Below, in pieces: positions 46,385-56,992 of a stretch of DNA of 64,000 nt. Below the pieces are notes generated by a model. That model was not told the origin of the DNA, did not search any database, and saw nothing but the letters and a program-made list of their open reading frames with translations. The DNA is taken from NCBI GenBank assembly GCA_049840735.1, contig JASGJN010000019.1:32001-96000 (forward strand). The letters run 5' to 3'. Within the stretch, counting starts at the first letter, position 1. The number at the start of each line of letters is the position of its first letter. This DNA is from Anaeromyxobacter sp. GTDB lineage: Bacteria; Myxococcota; Myxococcia; Myxococcales; Anaeromyxobacteraceae. A program made the position numbers and the translations under genes.

Positions 46385-47604
46385 TCCGCACCCCGCGCCG
46401 CTCCCTGCTCACCCTCGTGCTCGCCCTCGCCGCCGCCGTGATCCTGGCGCTGCCGCTGGCGCCGCACGCCGACGACGCGGTCCCCGCCGCGCCACCGCCG
46501 GCGCCCGCGCCCGCGCCCGCGACCCCGCCGGACGCGCCGCCGCCTCCGCCGCCCGCGGCCACCGGCCCGACGCTCTCCAGCTACGCCGAGATCAACTTCA
46601 ACCGGCCGCGCAACCGCTCCGAGGCCACCATCGACCTGCGCCGGTTCGTGCTGGGCTACGCCCACCGCTTCAGCGAGACCACCCGCGTGGTGGCCGAGCT
46701 CGAGGTGGAGCACGCGGTCACCTCCGCCGACGACGCGGGCGAGGTGGCGATGGAGCAGGCGTACGTCGAGCACCAGTTCTCGCCCACCTGGGCGGGCCGG
46801 GCCGGCCTGGTGCTGATGCCGCTGGGGTTCATCAACGAGAGCCACGAGCCGACCGCCTACTTCGGCGTGGAGCGGAACTTCGTGGAGCAGGCCATCATCC
46901 CGACCACCTGGCGCGAGGGGGCGGTGCAGGCCATCGCCGCCTTCGGGAGCGGGCTCACCGTGCAGGGCGGCGTCGCCACCAGCTTCGACCTGTCCGCCTG
47001 GGACGCCACCTCGACCGACGGCGCCGAGTCGCCGCTGGGCTCCATCCACCAGGAGCTGATGATCGCCAAGGCCGGCTCGCTCTCCGGCTTCCTGGCGGTG
47101 GACTGGCGCGGCGTGCCGGGGCTCCGGCTCGGGGCCGCGGCGTACGGCGGCAACGCCACCCACGGCCAGCCCAACGTGCCCAAGGCCGGGGTGCTGCTCT
47201 GGGACGCGCACGCCCGCTGGACCCCGGGCCGCTTCGACCTCTCCGCCGTCTACGCCATGGGCGCCATCTCCAACACCGCCGAGCTCAACGCCACCCTGAT
47301 CGGCAACCCGACGCTGGTGCCGGAGCGGTTCGACGGCTGGTACGGCCAGGCCGGCTACAAGCTCTGGGCCTCCGGGGACATGGCGCTCTGGCCCTTCGTC
47401 CGCTACGAGCAGTTCAACACCGGCCGCAGCTACGCCGACCTGGGCGACGGCCTCACCCCGGCCGCGCGCCCGACCGAGGCGGTGCTGACGCTGGGCGCCA
47501 ACTACGAGCTGACCCGCGGCGTGGTGGTGAAGGTGGACGTGCAGAAGTTCCGCGAGGACGACGACCGGAGCCGGTTCGACGTCGGCCTGGGCTGGAGCCT
47601 CTGA
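46381..47604 (+). CDS. Outer-membrane beta-barrel/porin
   Basis: Signal peptide, ELEVEH, EQAYV, HEPT.YFGVER, IIPTTWRE, C-terminal VGLGWSL. Confidence 0.75.
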   Translation: MIRTPRRSLLTLVLALAAAVILALPLAPHADDAVPAAPPPAPAPAPATPPDAPPPPPPAATGPTLSSYAEINFNRPRNRSEATIDLRRFVLGYAHRFSETTRVVAELEVEHAVTSADDAGEVAMEQAYVEHQFSPTWAGRAGLVLMPLGFINESHEPTAYFGVERNFVEQAIIPTTWREGAVQAIAAFGSGLTVQGGVATSFDLSAWDATSTDGAESPLGSIHQELMIAKAGSLSGFLAVDWRGVPGLRLGAAAYGGNATHGQPNVPKAGVLLWDAHARWTPGRFDLSAVYAMGAISNTAELNATLIGNPTLVPERFDGWYGQAGYKLWASGDMALWPFVRYEQFNTGRSYADLGDGLTPAARPTEAVLTLGANYELTRGVVVKVDVQKFREDDDRSRFDVGLGWSL

Positions 47605-48164
47605 TGCGGCGGCCGTCGGGCCTGGTCTTCGCGCTGGCGGCGCCGGCGGCGCTGCTCGCGCCGGCGCACGCCTACGGCGTGGAGTACCAGACCGCGGACC
47701 AGGCCCAGCGGGCGCTCTTCCCGGAGGCGGACGCGTTCGAGGAGAAGCTCGTGGCCGTGGACGCGGGGCTGCGCGCCACGCTGGAGGCCAGGCTGGGCGG
47801 CCCGCTGCGCGCCGAGCGCTGGCGCGTGCGGGTGGCGCGCAGGCAGGGCGCGGCGGTGGGCGTGGTGGTGGTGGACGACGTGATCGGCAAGTTCGACTGG
47901 ATCACCTACGCCGCCGCGCTGGGCGCCGACGGCGCGGTGCGCGGGGTGGAGATCCTGGCCTACCGCGAGAGCCACGGCGGCGAGGTGCGGCTGCCGCGCT
48001 GGCGCAAGCAGTTCCAGGGCAAGACCGCCGCGGCGCCGCTGCGGGTGGGCGAGGACATCGCCAACATCAGCGGCGCCACGCTCTCGGCCCAGCACGTCAC
48101 CGACGGCGTGCGCCGCATCGTGGTCACGGTGGCGGCGCTGCGGCAGGCGGGGGCGCTGCCGTGA
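47604..48164 (+). CDS. Secreted FMN-binding (flavinylation target) protein
   Basis: YRESHGGEV..WRKQF.GK..DIANISGATLS ([S/T]GA[S/T] motif). Confidence 0.85.
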   Translation: MRRPSGLVFALAAPAALLAPAHAYGVEYQTADQAQRALFPEADAFEEKLVAVDAGLRATLEARLGGPLRAERWRVRVARRQGAAVGVVVVDDVIGKFDWITYAAALGADGAVRGVEILAYRESHGGEVRLPRWRKQFQGKTAAAPLRVGEDIANISGATLSAQHVTDGVRRIVVTVAALRQAGALP

Positions 48165-48997
48165 GGCGGGCGGCGGTGCCGCACCTGTACACGCTGGCGC
48201 TGCCGGCGGGCCCACGCCCGCGCGCGCTGGAGCCTTCCGCCCCGCTCCGCCGCGCCCGCCCCGCGCTGGGCACGCTGGTGGAGCTGGGCTATCGCCCCGG
48301 CGCCGGCCGGGCCGGGGCCGCCGAGGCGGCGCTGGGCGCGGCCTGGCGCGCCATCGCCGAGGTGGAGCGCGCGCTCTCGCGCTTCGACCCCGCCAGCGAG
48401 CTCTCCCGCTTCAACGCCGCGCCGGCTGGCGCGGTCCTGCCCATCGGCGCGGACGCCGCCACCGTGCTGCGCGCCGCGGCCCACCTCCAGCGCGAGAGCG
48501 GTGGGCTCTTCGACGTGTCGCTGGGCACCGGCCCGCGCGCCTGGGCGGTCGAGGCCGCCCCGCGCGGCGACCACCTGATCAAGCGGACCTCCGAGGTCCG
48601 GCTCGACCTGGGCGGCATCGCCAAGGGGCACGCCGTCGACCGGGCCTTCGAGGTGCTCTCGGCCCACGCAGGCCCGGACGGCGCCTGCTGGGTCAACGCG
48701 GGCGGTGATCTCCGCGTGCGCGGCGCGTGCCTCCCGGTGGAGCTGCGGGACGAGCAGGGCGGTGGCACCTGGCCCTGGCTGGTGCTGGAGGACGGCGCGC
48801 TGGCCACCAGCCACCTCGCCCCCGGCGCGCGCTCGGCGCTGGCCGGCGGTCCGCCCGTGGCGCCGTGGGTGAGCGTCCTCGCCCCGCGCGGCCTGTGGGC
48901 CGACGCGCTCACCAAGGTGGTGGCGGCCACCGGCGAGGCGGAGCACCCGCTGCTCGTGGCCCTGGGCGCCTGCGCCTGGATCCACGGGGCGCGCTGA
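48161..48997 (+). CDS. apbE: FAD:protein FMN transferase
   Basis: LGT, SELSRFN, DLGGIAKG.AVD, VNAGGD, ATS, ADALTK. Confidence 0.9.
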   Translation: MRRAAVPHLYTLALPAGPRPRALEPSAPLRRARPALGTLVELGYRPGAGRAGAAEAALGAAWRAIAEVERALSRFDPASELSRFNAAPAGAVLPIGADAATVLRAAAHLQRESGGLFDVSLGTGPRAWAVEAAPRGDHLIKRTSEVRLDLGGIAKGHAVDRAFEVLSAHAGPDGACWVNAGGDLRVRGACLPVELRDEQGGGTWPWLVLEDGALATSHLAPGARSALAGGPPVAPWVSVLAPRGLWADALTKVVAATGEAEHPLLVALGACAWIHGAR

Positions 48998-48999
48998 GC

Positions 49000-49962
49000 T
49001 CACCGCCGCGGGAAGGCGCGCTCGACCGCGTCGGCCGGCGCCAGCCCGCGGCGGGCGGCGTCGCGGGCCGCCTCGGCGGGATCGTCGAACCGGACCAGCC
49101 CGTCGTAGCGCGCGGCCGGCTCGGCCAGCGCCGTGGCCCGGCGCACGTAGGCGGCCAGCACGCGGCCGGGGTGGGCGCGGGAGAAGGCGGAGAAGATCTC
49201 CGGGTCGTGCTCGCCGGAGTCGCCCACCAGCACGAACGGCTGCGTGAACCGCTCCGCCAGCCGCGCCAGCACCGGCTCCTTGTAGCCGGAGAGCGTGCCC
49301 GGCCCGAGGTTGCGCAGGTAGAGCGACGCCGGCGGGAACCCGTGGCGCGCCAGGAAGCGGCGGATGCGCCGGGTGAGCTGCACCGGCGAGCCGGACACGA
49401 TGGCGAGCGGCGGCGCGGGCTGGGCGGCGGACAGGCAGCGGTAGAAGGCGGCCATCCCCTCCACCACCGGCTGGGTCCGCGCGTCGAGCAGGAAGACCGT
49501 GCGGAGCATGGCGCGCAGGCTGGTGACGTGGGTGTGGGCCAGCGTGTCGTCCAGGTCGGAGACCAGCAGGAACGGCGCCTCGGGCGGCACCACCCGCACC
49601 ACCGCCACGCCGCTCGCGCCCGGCACCGAGACCCGCGCCTGGAGCGGCCCCGCCGGGAAGGGCTGCCCGGGCGGCGCCGGGATGGCCACCTCGAACTCGC
49701 CGTCGTGGCCGGAGCGGGCCGTCACCGTCTGGCCCAGCAGCGTCACCTCCACCGGCGCGTCCTCCCAGTTGCGCGCCGCCAGCGTGCGGGTGGTGCGCAG
49801 GTAGGCCGGCCCGTGCCGCCCCTGGCGCTCGCGCTGGACGCGGCCGAAGACCCAGGCCAGGTCCGGCCGGGCCAGCGAGGGCGGGAGGATCAGCGCCGGG
49901 CCGTCGCGGAGGACCGCGCTGCGGAGCGAGGCGAGGAAGGCGGCGAGGGGAGCGGGGGGCAC
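49000..49962 (-). CDS. App1/DUF2183-family HAD phosphatase
   Basis: VSDLDDT, VSGSP, LVGDSGEHDPEI. Confidence 0.8.
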   Translation of the reverse strand: MPPAPLAAFLASLRSAVLRDGPALILPPSLARPDLAWVFGRVQRERQGRHGPAYLRTTRTLAARNWEDAPVEVTLLGQTVTARSGHDGEFEVAIPAPPGQPFPAGPLQARVSVPGASGVAVVRVVPPEAPFLLVSDLDDTLAHTHVTSLRAMLRTVFLLDARTQPVVEGMAAFYRCLSAAQPAPPLAIVSGSPVQLTRRIRRFLARHGFPPASLYLRNLGPGTLSGYKEPVLARLAERFTQPFVLVGDSGEHDPEIFSAFSRAHPGRVLAAYVRRATALAEPAARYDGLVRFDDPAEAARDAARRGLAPADAVERAFPRR

Positions 49963-50062
49963 GGGGCCGGGATTGTACGCGGAGCGGCGCCGGGACGGAC
50001 CCTGAAGCGCCGCGCGCGGCCTCGAGGGGCCGCGCGCGGATGCTGCCAGGGATGCGCCGTGG

Positions 50063-50685
50063 CTAGGTCGCGTTCGGCACGTCGATGTGCAGCTCGACGC
50101 GGCGGTTCTTGGAGCGGCCGGAGGAGGTGCCGTTGTCGGCGACCGGCTTCACCTCGCCCATGCCCAGCGCGGTGATCTGCTTCTCCTGGACGCCCCGGCC
50201 GACCAGCACCCGCTTCACGGCGTCGGCGCGGCGCAGGGACAGCTCCTCGTTGGCGGCCTTGCCGCCCTGCGAGTCGGTGTGCCCCTCGATCATGATCCGG
50301 TCGTCCGAGTACTTGGCCAGGATGTCGCCCATCTCCTGCAGGTTGGTGATGGCCTCGGGCTGCAGGGCGGAGGAGCCGGACTCGAAGAGGATGTCGCCCT
50401 TCATGGAGACCAGCAGCCCGTTCTCGGTCCGCTTCACCTCGGCCGCCTTCACCTTCTCCAGATCCTTGGCCTGCTTGTCGAGGTACAGGCCCACCGAGCC
50501 GCCGGCCAGCGCGCCGACGCCGGCGCCGATCAGGGCGCCCTTCTTGCCGCCGATGAGCGCGCCCACGCCCGCGCCGGCCAGCGTGCCGGCGCCGGCGCCG
50601 ATGGCGGTGCGCTTGCCGGCGGTTCGCAGGCGGCGCCGAAGGCGAGCAGGGCGACCAGGGCGGTGAGGCGAAGGGGGTTGTTCAT
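50063..50685 (-). CDS. OmpA-family lipoprotein with glycine zipper (YiaD-like; frameshift ~50625)
   Basis: GAAC lipobox, GA..GA repeats, EGHTDS..N..LS.RRA, NRRVE. Confidence 0.88.
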
Positions 50686-50985
50686 GTCGTGTTCCTCCAG
50701 CGGCGGCGCCGCCCGTGGCGGGCGCGGTCCGCGTGTCAGCTTCGTCGAAAGGTGCCGCATCTTACCAGCCTCCCCGTGAACCCGGGCGGGCCGCTGCGAG
50801 GACCGAGCGGGCTGCGGTGCGGCGAACCGTGCTGGTTGCGCGCGCCTCACCCGCGTGGTGACATCGCGCAGGGTCAACCTCGATCGGGCGCGCGTTCTTC
50901 CCCGCGAGCCTGCGCCGCGCGGCCGCGGTAGGACTCCACACTCCACCCTGCCACACGCCCCCACGCCCCCACGGAGCACGCCACC

Positions 50986-51779
50986 ATGACCACCTGTCGC
51001 CTCGCGCTCGCCCACCTCGCCTTTCCGCCCACCCCCGACGCGTCGGTGGCGGCGGCCGTCCAGGCCATCGCGCAGGCCGGCGAGGCGCGCGCCGACGTGA
51101 TCTCGCTTCCCGGAGTGCTTCGTGCCCGGGTACCGGGTGCTGGGGCGCGCCGTCCCGGTGCCCGAGCCGGCCTGGCTGGAGCGGGCCTGGGCCCAGGTGG
51201 ACGCCGCGGCGGCGCGGGCCGGGGTGACGGTGCTGCTCGGCACCGAGCGCGAGGTGGCCGGCGCGCGGCGGATCACGGTGCGGGTGGTGCGCCGCGACGG
51301 GACGCTGGCCGGCTGGCAGGACAAGGTGCAGCTCGATCCCTCCGAGGAGGCGACCTTCACGCCGGGTGACGTGCGCCACGTCTTCCAGGACGGCCCGCTC
51401 ACCTTCGGCGCGGTCATCTGCCATGAGGGCTGGCGCTACCCGGGAGACCGTGCGCTGGGCGGCCCGCCGCGGCGCGCAGGTGGTGTTCCACCCGCACTTC
51501 GGCGAGGCCGAGCCGGGCAGCCACCGCCCCACCACCTTCGGCGAGCCGGCCAACACCTTCCACGAGAAGGCCGCGCTCTGCCGCGCCGCCGAGAACACCT
51601 GCTGGTTCGCCACCGTCAACTGCGCGTCGGACGGTGCGCCCACCACCACCGCGGTGGCGCGGCCCGACGGCACGCTGCTGGCGTGGCAGCCCTACGGCAC
51701 GGCTGGGCTGCTGGTGGTGGACGTCGAGCTGGACGAGGCCACGCGCCTGCTGGCCGGCCGGCTGCGCACGAGCCCCTGA
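50986..51779 (+). CDS. Carbon-nitrogen hydrolase (nitrilase family; frameshifts ~51105 and ~51441)
   Basis: FPE, QDK, ICHEGWRYPE, RAAEN. Confidence 0.8.
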
Positions 51780-51793
51780 GCGCCCGGCCCGGC

Positions 51794-52384
51794 TCACTCC
51801 CGCCAGCTGAACGTCGCCACCGCGCGGGCCTGGGGGCGGTCCACCTGGAACCTGACCGCCGGATCGCGGAGGCGCTCGATGTCCAGCGCGCCCAGGCAGA
51901 TGCCGTGCCAGGTGACGAGGTAACCCTCGGAGATGAACGCCTGGGGCGCGATCCCGTCCAGCACCAGCCGGGCCGAGCCGGGCCCCAGCCGCGCGAAGGA
52001 CGGGGTGCAGAAGTCGCGGTAGGCCAGGGGCCAGGCGCGCGGGAGCAGCGCGGCGATGCTCCCGGGCCGCCCGGCGAACAGCCGCAGCGCGGGCTCCACC
52101 AGGCTCCGGAACAGCGGCCGGTGCACCATGCCCACCAGCGCCTGGCGCACGCACTCGCGCGCGCGGTCGCGTCCGAAGTGGCCGACCAGGGCGTCCATGA
52201 TCCAGTGGTCGTGCTCGACGTCCAGCCAGGAGATGGCCGAGCAGGCGTCGAAGACGCGCAGGTGCTCGGGCGGGATGAGCGCGCGGATGGCGTCGCGCGA
52301 CCCCGGCTCGAACCGGTCGCAGCCGTCGAGCATGTCTCGCGCGGCGCTGACGCGGGCCGCCGGGCGTCTGGGCGCCTGATCCAC
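51794..52384 (-). CDS. Hypothetical myxobacterial protein (TIGR02265/DUF2378-like fold)
   Basis: SWLDVEH, LPRAWPLAYRD, C-terminal FSW; family assignment weak. Confidence 0.45.
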   Translation of the reverse strand: MDQAPRRPAARVSAARDMLDGCDRFEPGSRDAIRALIPPEHLRVFDACSAISWLDVEHDHWIMDALVGHFGRDRARECVRQALVGMVHRPLFRSLVEPALRLFAGRPGSIAALLPRAWPLAYRDFCTPSFARLGPGSARLVLDGIAPQAFISEGYLVTWHGICLGALDIERLRDPAVRFQVDRPQARAVATFSWRE

Positions 52385-52544
52385 GCGTCGATCCTGCCAG
52401 CCGCGCTGCGGCGCGTGCAATCCCGTGGAGGCGGTCCCGCGGTCGTGGCGGGGGCGGGCGAACCCGGGCTCAGGCCGGACCCAGGTTTCCGGCCGGCCAG
52501 GTGCTCGACGGACCGTCGATCCTGCCGGATACTCCACCGGACCC

Positions 52545-53147
52545 GTGGATCACCTGCACGACCGATATCCCCGCCTCGTCGAGTACGTCCGCTCGCTCCC
52601 CGCCGGCCTCGGGAGCCACCCGGCCTGCAAGGCGCGTGGGAGCGTCCTGCACGCGGTGCTGGCGGCGGCCGGGCACGGCGCGCTGCTGGACGCGCCGCCC
52701 GAGCTGCAGCCCGTCTTCGCGCCCCCGCCGCGGCCGTGGGTGCCGGAGGTGGTGCTGCAGGCTGCGGTGCTGGGGGTGGCCGACCACCTGCGCATGGACG
52801 AGGGGAGCTTCCTGGCCTGGAACCACCAGCTCAACCTGGAGCTCTACCAGAGCGGCGTCTACCGCGCGCTGATGGCCTTCCTCTCGCCGCGCACGCTGCT
52901 GGAGCGTGGGGCCTCGCGGTGGAGCGCCTTCCACCAGGGGACGGTCCTCACCGTCCTCCCCGACGGCGGCGGCCGCGAGGTCTCGGCGCGGCTGGACTTC
53001 CCGCACCGGCTCTTCAACCCGTTGCTGCTCCGCGCCTACGCCGAGGCGTTCCGCGCCGCGCTGGTCCACTCGCGCGGCCGCAACCCCTCCGTCGCCGTGG
53101 CGGAGGAGGCCGAGACGCACGCCCGCTTCCTGGCGCGCTGGGAGTGA
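52545..53147 (+). CDS. Hypothetical myxobacterial protein (DUF2378-like)
   Basis: WVPEV, SPRTLLERGASRWSAFHQG, C-terminal FLARW. Confidence 0.5.
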   Translation: MDHLHDRYPRLVEYVRSLPAGLGSHPACKARGSVLHAVLAAAGHGALLDAPPELQPVFAPPPRPWVPEVVLQAAVLGVADHLRMDEGSFLAWNHQLNLELYQSGVYRALMAFLSPRTLLERGASRWSAFHQGTVLTVLPDGGGREVSARLDFPHRLFNPLLLRAYAEAFRAALVHSRGRNPSVAVAEEAETHARFLARWE

Positions 53148-53200
53148 TGGGCCTCTCCGGGGCCTGCCGCCGCCCCCCTCCCGTCCCGTAGGGTGGGGCG

Positions 53201-53836
53201 ATGGACAGCTACCGGCGGTTGCTCACCGAGAACAGGCGTTGGGTGGAGGCGCGCCTCGGCGAGCGGCCCGACTACTTCACCCGGCTCACCAGCGCGCAGC
53301 GCCCCGACTACCTCTGGATCGGCTGCTCGGACAGCCGCGTGCCGGCCGAGACGGTCACCGGGTGCCAGCCGGGCGAGCTGTTCGTGCACCGCAACATCGC
53401 CAACGTGGTGGTCCACACCGACCTGAACCTCTTCTCGGTGCTCCACTTCGCGGTGGACGAGCTGAAGGTGAACCACGTCATCGTCTGCGGCCACTACGGC
53501 TGCGGCGGCGTGAAGGCGGCCATGTCGCACCACAGCTACGGCCTCATCATCGACAAGTGGCTGCGCGACGTGAAGGAGGTCTACGCGCAGCACGCCCCCT
53601 CCCTCGAAGCCATCCCCGACCCCGAGCTGCGGGCGCGGCGGCTGGTCGAGCTCAACGTGGTGCAGCAGGTGCGCGACGTGGCCAAGACCGCGGTTATCCA
53701 GTCGGCCTGGAAGCGCGAGCAGCGCCCCTGGCTGCACGGCTGGGTCTACGACATGGACACCGGCCTCCTGAAGGAGCTCACGCTCCTGAAGCCGGAGGAC
53801 CTGCCGGACGACATCTTCAGGTACGACGTGGAGTAG
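53201..53836 (+). CDS. can: Beta-class carbonic anhydrase
   Basis: WIGCSDSRV, FVHRNIAN, CGHYGCGG. Confidence 0.95.
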   Translation: MDSYRRLLTENRRWVEARLGERPDYFTRLTSAQRPDYLWIGCSDSRVPAETVTGCQPGELFVHRNIANVVVHTDLNLFSVLHFAVDELKVNHVIVCGHYGCGGVKAAMSHHSYGLIIDKWLRDVKEVYAQHAPSLEAIPDPELRARRLVELNVVQQVRDVAKTAVIQSAWKREQRPWLHGWVYDMDTGLLKELTLLKPEDLPDDIFRYDVE

Positions 53837-53952
53837 CGCCGGGCGGCGATCGTCGTCGGGGGACCCCTTGAGGCGGCGACCACGGGCCTGGCGCATCTCG
53901 TCGCACCGTCCGGCCACGGTCCTGGTAGGATGGCCCGCGGGGATCCTCGCAC

Positions 53953-55425
53953 ATGACCATCGCACCGCGCCGCGCCGCGCCCGCGCTCCTCGCGCTGCTG
54001 GCCCTGACCGGCTGCCCGAAGCAAGACGCGCCGCCGCCGTCCGACGTGAGCGGCACCTACGCGGGGCAGGTCTGGTGGACCGACGGGACCGTGGCGGCTC
54101 CGGTCGCAGAGCCCGTTCCGCAGGGCAGCAGCATGACGGCGTTCGCGGTGGTCGTCCCGAGCGGCTCGGGCTACCGGGTCGTCGATGGAGCCCTCGGCGC
54201 GGACGCCGCGTTCACGGTTCCGGACGTGCCCGCGGGGCCGGCCTACGTCTTCTCGACCTGGGAGACCGACTACTACCTCGCGCCGGACAGGATCCTCCGG
54301 AGCTTCACCTACCACCTCGACGAGGTCGCCGACCGGACGGCGCCGGTGGAGCTCGGAGGTCGCGCGCTGGGCCGGTACCACGCCACCGGCGAGTCGGTGG
54401 CGCTCGACCTCACCGGTCTCGACCCCTGGCCGGCTGCGGAGGCGGGAGCCGACGACCGGATCGCCTTCTACGCCCCTGACGCTCGCGTGGGCGAGGTGGT
54501 CGCACCATCGCCGGGCGAGGGTGCCGTCGAAGCGACCGTGTACGTCCAGCGAGCGGGTGGCTCCGGGAGCCTGTACCTCGACTCCGCCCGCGACGTGATC
54601 CACGCCTGGCAGCTCCACCCCATGGCAGGGGGCGCCTGCCAGGCCGCGGCGCGGACCGGGCACGCCGCGGTCCCCGTGGGCGGCGGCACCGTGCCGGTCG
54701 CGCTCGACGCCCCGCCCGCCACGGCCACCGCGGCCGTGGACCTGCGCGCCTCCGAGTTCTGGGCGCTGTCGCCGTCGGCGACGCCGTGGAGGCTGGAGCT
54801 GCGCGTGCTGCCGGATCCGCTCGCCGCCGTGGACGGCCCCCTGTCCGGTGTGCGGGCCGCGCTGCTGTGGTGCTCGACCCGGGCAGATGACCTCGACGCC
54901 GGGACCCCGTCCTTCGCCGTGCCGGACGGCGCCTGGGGCCTCGAGCGCGAGGTCGTCGCCACCGGGGACGTCCAGCTGGATGTCGATCCCATGGGGCCTG
55001 TGTTCCCTGGCCCGTGGGGCGGGACGCTCTTCTACCAGCGCGAGCCGGCCTCCACCCCGGGCCCGATCCGGCCGCTGATCGGGCCGCCGCGCGACCTGCG
55101 GATCAACGGGAAGCCGCTCGACTTCACCGCCCACGCCGGCGTGGGCGAGACCCCGCTCCTCACCTGGGATCCGCCCGCGGTGGGCACGCCCACGAGCTAC
55201 CTCGTGCGCCTCGACTTCGGGTACTTCACGGCGCGCACCGTCCGGCCCGAGCTCAGGCTCCCGCCCGGCGTCCTGCAGCTCGCCACGGATGACCCCACCG
55301 GCGGGCAGGGCAACTGGGTCGAGGTGACCGCCGTGTACGACGCGGACGCCACGCCCACCGCACCGTATCGCGAGGGCCGCACCCACGCCGAGGCCACCGC
55401 GCTCGGCTCCAGCTTCACGCGCTGA
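53953..55425 (+). CDS. Hypothetical beta-rich lipoprotein (C-terminal FN3-like region)
   Basis: LTGC lipobox; TPLLTWDPPAVGTPTSY. Confidence 0.65.
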   Translation: MTIAPRRAAPALLALLALTGCPKQDAPPPSDVSGTYAGQVWWTDGTVAAPVAEPVPQGSSMTAFAVVVPSGSGYRVVDGALGADAAFTVPDVPAGPAYVFSTWETDYYLAPDRILRSFTYHLDEVADRTAPVELGGRALGRYHATGESVALDLTGLDPWPAAEAGADDRIAFYAPDARVGEVVAPSPGEGAVEATVYVQRAGGSGSLYLDSARDVIHAWQLHPMAGGACQAAARTGHAAVPVGGGTVPVALDAPPATATAAVDLRASEFWALSPSATPWRLELRVLPDPLAAVDGPLSGVRAALLWCSTRADDLDAGTPSFAVPDGAWGLEREVVATGDVQLDVDPMGPVFPGPWGGTLFYQREPASTPGPIRPLIGPPRDLRINGKPLDFTAHAGVGETPLLTWDPPAVGTPTSYLVRLDFGYFTARTVRPELRLPPGVLQLATDDPTGGQGNWVEVTAVYDADATPTAPYREGRTHAEATALGSSFTR

Positions 55426-55434
55426 GCCCGGCCC

Positions 55435-56169
55435 TCAGGTCAGCGCCTCGCCCATCGTCCGCAGCTGCACCTCGATGATGCGCGCGCCGCTCGACTGCGT
55501 GCAGGCCAGCACCACCGCGGCGGCCACGTCCTCCGGCTCCAGCATGCCGGAGGCGCGGACGCCCTCCTCGGTGCGGCCGGTGCCCAGCGCGAACTCGGTC
55601 TTCACGCCGCCCGGGCAGATGCAGCCCACCTTGATGCCCTGCGGGCGCAGCTCCTTGTCGAGCGCCTGGGCGAAGCCCACCTGCGCGAACTTGGTGGCGC
55701 AGTAGACCGCCTCGCCGGCGAAGCCGTACTTCCCGGCCATGGAGGAGATCATGAGGATGGTGCCGGACCTCTGCTGCTGCATCACCGGCACGGCGTGGCG
55801 GGTGAAGAGGAACGTGCTGCGCACGTTGGTGTCGACCAGCTGGTCGTACTCGTCGGCGCTGGTGTCGACCAGGTTCTTGTAGATCCCCATCCCCACGTTG
55901 TTGACGAGGATGTCGAGCCGGCCGAACCGCTCCACCGCGGTGGCCACGCACTTGACCGCCGTGGCCTCCTGGCTGGCGTCGCCCACCACCAGCGCCGCCC
56001 GGCCGCCGGCCTGCTCGATCTGGCGCGCCAGCGCGTCGAGCCGGTCCTGCCGCCGCGCGGTGAGGAGGACGCTGGCCCCCTCGCGCCCGAGCGCGAGCGC
56101 CGAGGCCCAGCCGATGCCGGCGCTGGCGCCGGTGACGAGGACGGACTTCCCCTGCAGGCGTGACGTCAT
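55435..56169 (-). CDS. Short-chain dehydrogenase/reductase
   Basis: TGASAGIG, YCATK. Confidence 0.92.
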   Translation of the reverse strand: MTSRLQGKSVLVTGASAGIGWASALALGREGASVLLTARRQDRLDALARQIEQAGGRAALVVGDASQEATAVKCVATAVERFGRLDILVNNVGMGIYKNLVDTSADEYDQLVDTNVRSTFLFTRHAVPVMQQQRSGTILMISSMAGKYGFAGEAVYCATKFAQVGFAQALDKELRPQGIKVGCICPGGVKTEFALGTGRTEEGVRASGMLEPEDVAAAVVLACTQSSGARIIEVQLRTMGEALT

Positions 56170-56197
56170 GTGCTCCTCCGTGGGCCGCCGGCCCGGT

Positions 56198-56992
56198 TCA
56201 CTGGATGGTCCAGCCGCCGTCGATCATCAGCGTGGCGCCGGTGATGAGCGAGGCGGCGGGCGAGGCCAGGAAGACCACCGGCCAGGCCACCTCCGCCGGA
56301 TCGCCCACCCGGCCGAGCGGGATGCGCTTCTTCACCGAGGCCAGGAAGGCGCGGTCGCCGAGCCACTTGCGCGTGCCCGGCGTCTTCACGAACGTGGGCG
56401 CGACCGCGTTGACGGTGATGCCGTGCCTGGCCCACTCCAGCGCCAGGCAGCGCGTCAGGTGCGCGATGCCGGCCTTGGTCATGCAGTAGATCGACTCGGT
56501 GGGCAGGGCCACCGCCCCGGCCTGCGAGCCGATGTTGACGATCCGGCCGCCGCCGCGGGCGATCATCACCTTGCCCACCTCCTGGCAGGTGAAGAAGGTG
56601 CCCTTGAGGTTCACCGCCAGCGTGGCGTCGAAGTCCTGCTCGGTCACCTGCTCGGCCGGCGCGGGCGCGCCGATCCCGGCGTTGTTGACCAGCACGTCGA
56701 TGCGCCCGAACCGCTTCACCGCCTGCTTCACGGCGGCGGTGATCTCGCGCCGGCGCGAGACGTCCATCTGCACCGGGAGCACCTGGCGCCCCAGCTTCTC
56801 GATGCGCCGGGCCAGCGCCCCGCCGCTCTTCACGTCGCGCAGCCCCAGCACCAGGTCCGCGCCGGCCTCGGCCAGCGCCAGCGCGCAGGCCTCGCCGATG
56901 CCGCGCCCAGCGGCGGTCACCAGCGCCACCTGGCCGTCGAGGCCGAAGTGGGAGGAGCGGGGGGAGGGCGGTGCGGTCCTTCGGCCGGGCAT
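56198..56992 (-). CDS. Short-chain dehydrogenase/reductase
   Basis: TAAGRGIG, NNAG, YCMTK, IDGGW. Confidence 0.92.
   Translation of the reverse strand: MPGRRTAPPSPRSSHFGLDGQVALVTAAGRGIGEACALALAEAGADLVLGLRDVKSGGALARRIEKLGRQVLPVQMDVSRRREITAAVKQAVKRFGRIDVLVNNAGIGAPAPAEQVTEQDFDATLAVNLKGTFFTCQEVGKVMIARGGGRIVNIGSQAGAVALPTESIYCMTKAGIAHLTRCLALEWARHGITVNAVAPTFVKTPGTRKWLGDRAFLASVKKRIPLGRVGDPAEVAWPVVFLASPAASLITGATLMIDGGWTIQ

Noticed and set aside
45022..47604. 860-aa peroxidase-porin fusion
   Set aside because: A frameshift at ~46279 hides the peroxidase C-terminus (IDDVIAFLQTL, stop 46384); the porin has its own ATG and signal peptide.
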